A stretch of 62,422 nucleotides of DNA from a virus (Duplodnaviria > Caudoviricetes), in IMG/VR virus record IMGVR_UViG_3300026167_000001, positions 1 to 62,422 of that record; one strand, 5' to 3'. Positions 59,721 to 62,422 of this stretch are shown here, one piece after another. A program made the translations under genes and the position numbers. Position 1 is the first letter of the stretch; the number at the start of each line of letters is the position of its first letter. A model generated the notes under the pieces. It had not been told where the DNA came from and ran no database searches. It was given only the letters and a program-made list of their open reading frames with translations.

Positions 59721-60119
59721 TTATAGTTCTCGTTTTAAAATTACTGTGTTCAAATCAATCTCAAATAAATCCGCAGGTCTTAGGTTTCTGTAATACTTAA
59801 CCGTCTCATCTTCTTTAGTCCTTTTTTCTCCTGCTTCTCCAATTTGTTCTTCCGTTGCAACTTCCTGATAAAGGTCAAGATAATCAGTGTGTTTATATCC
59901 TTTTGCTGCTGCTTTGCGGTTATATACTGATTTTAGTGCGCCAAGATATTGAAATAAATCCCTGTTAAACGGCTTATATCCATTGTCGTGCACCCATAAG
60001 ACCATTTCATTAATCTTAGCGTAGTATTCTACATCATAGTTAGCTTTCAAGCTGTTAAGCTCTGTTTCGCTAATTGCAGATGTGTTTATACGTATTTCTA
60101 TTCCTAATTTTCTGCTCAT
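59721..60119 (-). CDS. hypothetical protein, possible fibre accessory
   Basis: 132 aa; downstream of fibre gene, shares its less AT-rich composition. Confidence 0.55.
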   Translation of the reverse strand: MSRKLGIEIRINTSAISETELNSLKANYDVEYYAKINEMVLWVHDNGYKPFNRDLFQYLGALKSVYNRKAAAKGYKHTDYLDLYQEVATEEQIGEAGEKRTKEDETVKYYRNLRPADLFEIDLNTVILKREL

Positions 60120-60138
60120 AATATTTTATTTTTTAGAT

Positions 60139-60270
60139 TTACGGAATATAGCAGAGCCGCGCCCCGAAATACGCATACGTAGTCGACGCCGAGATATTCG
60201 AGTACAGGTAAGCGAACCCCGCAGTCGAGCTATTATGCGCAAGACCACCGCGAAGAACGGCACGCCAACC
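60139..60270 (-). repeat. DGR variable region (VR); template repeat not in window
   Basis: abrupt GC-rich stretch; A-free scaffold codons (GCG, TCG, GGG, CGG) alternating with NNY codons. Confidence 0.7.
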
Positions 60271-61863
60271 AGAGTTTAATCCTGGTGTATAGAAATAGTC
60301 GCAAAAATATGTTGCACTATTTCCGGCCGCTACTTTAGGTGTTATAATTCCATAGTTATCGTGATGAGCATATTGCAAATAACCGTTGCTTGTTGGCAGT
60401 TCGCTTCGTTTAGTATAATTACTTTCTGTCCCGTCATCAAAATTAGCAGGTGTTTCGCAGGTGTAAAAGTCGGATGTGGCGGCTCCATGATTAACAGAAG
60501 CACCGTCGCACAATTCCCAAATGTCGCCAAATGGATTTTCAACACCCCGGTACCTGTTTACTTTTACTACTTCGTCAACTCCTGCACCGCCAAAATTGTT
60601 AATTGTATAATCCGTTTCGCCACTATTGTTTCCTAAATTGTTCGATGAACCACAAGGAACAAGCGGATAATAACTATTAAAGTTACTCCAATCGGTTGAG
60701 TTTACAGTTGTTGTGCCATTGCCCAAACCACCTTGTTTATATCCTTCGGCTGTAAGATCTGCAACAACTGCCTTTTGAGAGTTAAGCGTTGCAAATTCGA
60801 TAAAAAACAACTCATATAATAACATCGAGTGTTTCCATGTAATTACATTCCACTTATATTCTTCGGAAACAATATTGCGGGCATAACTTCTAAAATCAAT
60901 TAAAGAAGTGCGTGTTGCAGGCTTGCCCAATTGTGTTGCATCTGTACCGTCTAATGTATCGTCGTTATTGCCGCCGCGGTATTCGGCTGTATCATTAACA
61001 ACTGACCACATCTTAATAGTTCCTGTTCTATTTAATGCGGCCTTATATGCTCCTACATAAAATTTATTTATCTTTTGGAAATCTGAATAATAATGCCAAC
61101 TTATTAATTTGAAATAATGCCCATTACCTGTAAAATCAGTTTTACGATAATACTCTCCTACTTCATCCATCACATTACCATCTGCGCCAGTTAAATCGCT
61201 TGCTGTACCATCTGCTTTTTTGCTCCAATCATTCTCATCAAGATAATAATTAACCGAACCATCTGCATTTTGTAAACATCCTTTTATTTCTTCCTGAACT
61301 GGTAAAGATACATGATACTCCATTCTCCCTACTCTTTCCCTATCTGGGTCAGAATCATTCTCATTAATTAATATACCATAGTAGAATATTGAGCAATGAT
61401 TAAGAATTTTACTTAAATTGTTACCTGTTAACTGACTTTCATATATAAATAGTTTGGTTCCGTCATAATTCATAAAGAATACTTCATCTAAAGTATCTCT
61501 AATCATTTGAACTTGTAATTTATAATAAGTAAAATCAGTTAATTTCCAATGATACCTCGTTGCTTCACTTGTATCATCATAATAAATATTAACATAAGGA
61601 TAGTCGTAATATTCTGGCAGTCCGTAAGCATTGCCTACATAGCTGCCCTTATCAAATCTTGCATCTTCCAACACCGAAAAATCCCAAATAGTATCAAGTC
61701 CTATTCCGCTTACTTTGGGTATGCCTGTACCTATTGATGTGCGGAGGTATGTTGTTCCTTCTTCTTCGTAAGGTTGATTATAGACAATTACCTGAAGATC
61801 TTCTTTAGGATATTTATTTATATTATTACTAGTTACTAAACTATTACCTAAACCTAATTGCAT
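60139..61863 (-). CDS. tail-fibre / receptor-binding protein with CLec-type C-terminal domain (DGR target)
   Basis: YRGVENPFGDIWE..DG and WRAVLRGG...AGFAY...S.....GARL, typical of Bacteroidota-phage DGR targets. Confidence 0.8.
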   Translation of the reverse strand: MQLGLGNSLVTSNNINKYPKEDLQVIVYNQPYEEEGTTYLRTSIGTGIPKVSGIGLDTIWDFSVLEDARFDKGSYVGNAYGLPEYYDYPYVNIYYDDTSEATRYHWKLTDFTYYKLQVQMIRDTLDEVFFMNYDGTKLFIYESQLTGNNLSKILNHCSIFYYGILINENDSDPDRERVGRMEYHVSLPVQEEIKGCLQNADGSVNYYLDENDWSKKADGTASDLTGADGNVMDEVGEYYRKTDFTGNGHYFKLISWHYYSDFQKINKFYVGAYKAALNRTGTIKMWSVVNDTAEYRGGNNDDTLDGTDATQLGKPATRTSLIDFRSYARNIVSEEYKWNVITWKHSMLLYELFFIEFATLNSQKAVVADLTAEGYKQGGLGNGTTTVNSTDWSNFNSYYPLVPCGSSNNLGNNSGETDYTINNFGGAGVDEVVKVNRYRGVENPFGDIWELCDGASVNHGAATSDFYTCETPANFDDGTESNYTKRSELPTSNGYLQYAHHDNYGIITPKVAAGNSATYFCDYFYTPGLNSGWRAVLRGGLAHNSSTAGFAYLYSNISASTTYAYFGARLCYIP

Positions 61864-61865
61864 AA

Positions 61866-62147
61866 TTATTGAGTTATATAAGCTTTTAAATACCCTGAAC
61901 CTGTAATAGTTATTGAACTACATACAATAGGTACAAACTCACCTTCGTTTAAAAAATCAGATAACTCTGTATCAGATGTTACAGCTGAACCGTTTATATA
62001 CATTTCCTGTATTGGTTCTACTTTAATACTGTCAGGTTTTATAGCTCCTACTGAAATGCCATAAAAAGTACCTTCAATAGTATTAGCACCGCTAATAAAA
62101 TGAATACCGCTGTTAGCAAACATTTTATTCTTTATTTCTCTATCCAT
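61866..62147 (-). CDS. small tail-associated hypothetical protein
   Basis: 93 aa, beta-rich; directly upstream of the fibre gene. Confidence 0.55.
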   Translation of the reverse strand: MDREIKNKMFANSGIHFISGANTIEGTFYGISVGAIKPDSIKVEPIQEMYINGSAVTSDTELSDFLNEGEFVPIVCSSITITGSGYLKAYITQ

Positions 62148-62148
62148 T

Positions 62149-62421
62149 TTATGTTTCTTTAATAAAATTCACATTATAATGCGTACCGCATATTTTATTT
62201 ATATGTGTAACAATGTCTTGCATCTCATCTCGCGTGAAAAAGTTTTCAGTGTTATCATCTGTTACACTTTCTTCTTCTAAATCATAGGATTCCATTATCT
62301 CCATATACGCAATTAATAGCTCTAAGTTAGTAATATCGTTGCAAATACCAGTTTTACCTATAGCTAAATAATTTGCTAATTTCTCACCTTTTTGAGACGC
62401 TATATATTGTATTTGTAATTT
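62149..62421 (-). CDS. partial ORF (5' end outside window)
   Basis: open frame KLQIQYIASQKGEKLANYL...NFIKET* running to the window edge. Confidence 0.55.
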   Translation of the reverse strand, partial: KLQIQYIASQKGEKLANYLAIGKTGICNDITNLELLIAYMEIMESYDLEEESVTDDNTENFFTRDEMQDIVTHINKICGTHYNVNFIKET

Positions 62422-62422
62422 G

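Noticed and set aside
33165-61737. Short ORFs nested in the late genes (+ strand shadows such as 45633-45959 and 60082-60279; alternate-frame 51649-51882 and 60342-60545)
   Set aside because: Fully inside long genes, no leaders or motifs; 60082-60279 simply reflects the GC-rich VR
1-62422. Stop-codon reassignment as in some crAss-like phages
   Set aside because: Very long ORFs are intact under the standard code and no suppressor tRNA is seen; the one split gene is explained by an intron

Overview
This is an AT-rich, 62.4 kb fragment of a crAss-like phage (Crassvirales), with a probable Bacteroidota host. It reads through cleanly in the standard genetic code. The + strand (1-28941) carries small early genes, an unusually dense set of non-coding RNAs and the replication module: family A DNA polymerase, a DnaB helicase split by a group I intron, AAA ATPase, SSB-like protein, primase, two PD-(D/E)xK nucleases and UDG. 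The - strand (29061-62422) carries the virion and late module: a 4282-aa virion RNA polymerase (DFDID motif plus zincin motif), ejection/cargo proteins, muzzle, ring and IHF-like tail proteins, lysis genes and a tail-fibre protein ending in a DGR-type variable region. The most striking content is RNA. (1) A circularly permuted two-piece tmRNA whose ~270-nt intervening segment holds a whole tRNA-Ile(GAT)-like gene and two other structured RNAs. (2) Three further tRNA-like RNAs with intact acceptor/T arms but rebuilt anticodon or D arms. (3) About a dozen intergenic structured elements closed by 8-15 bp terminal stems, several pseudoknotted. (4) Short + strand segments antisense to the phage's own translation-leader motif. 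Together these suggest an undescribed RNA-based translation-control or decoy system, which is inference. All structures and protein assignments were made by eye; no searches or folding were run.
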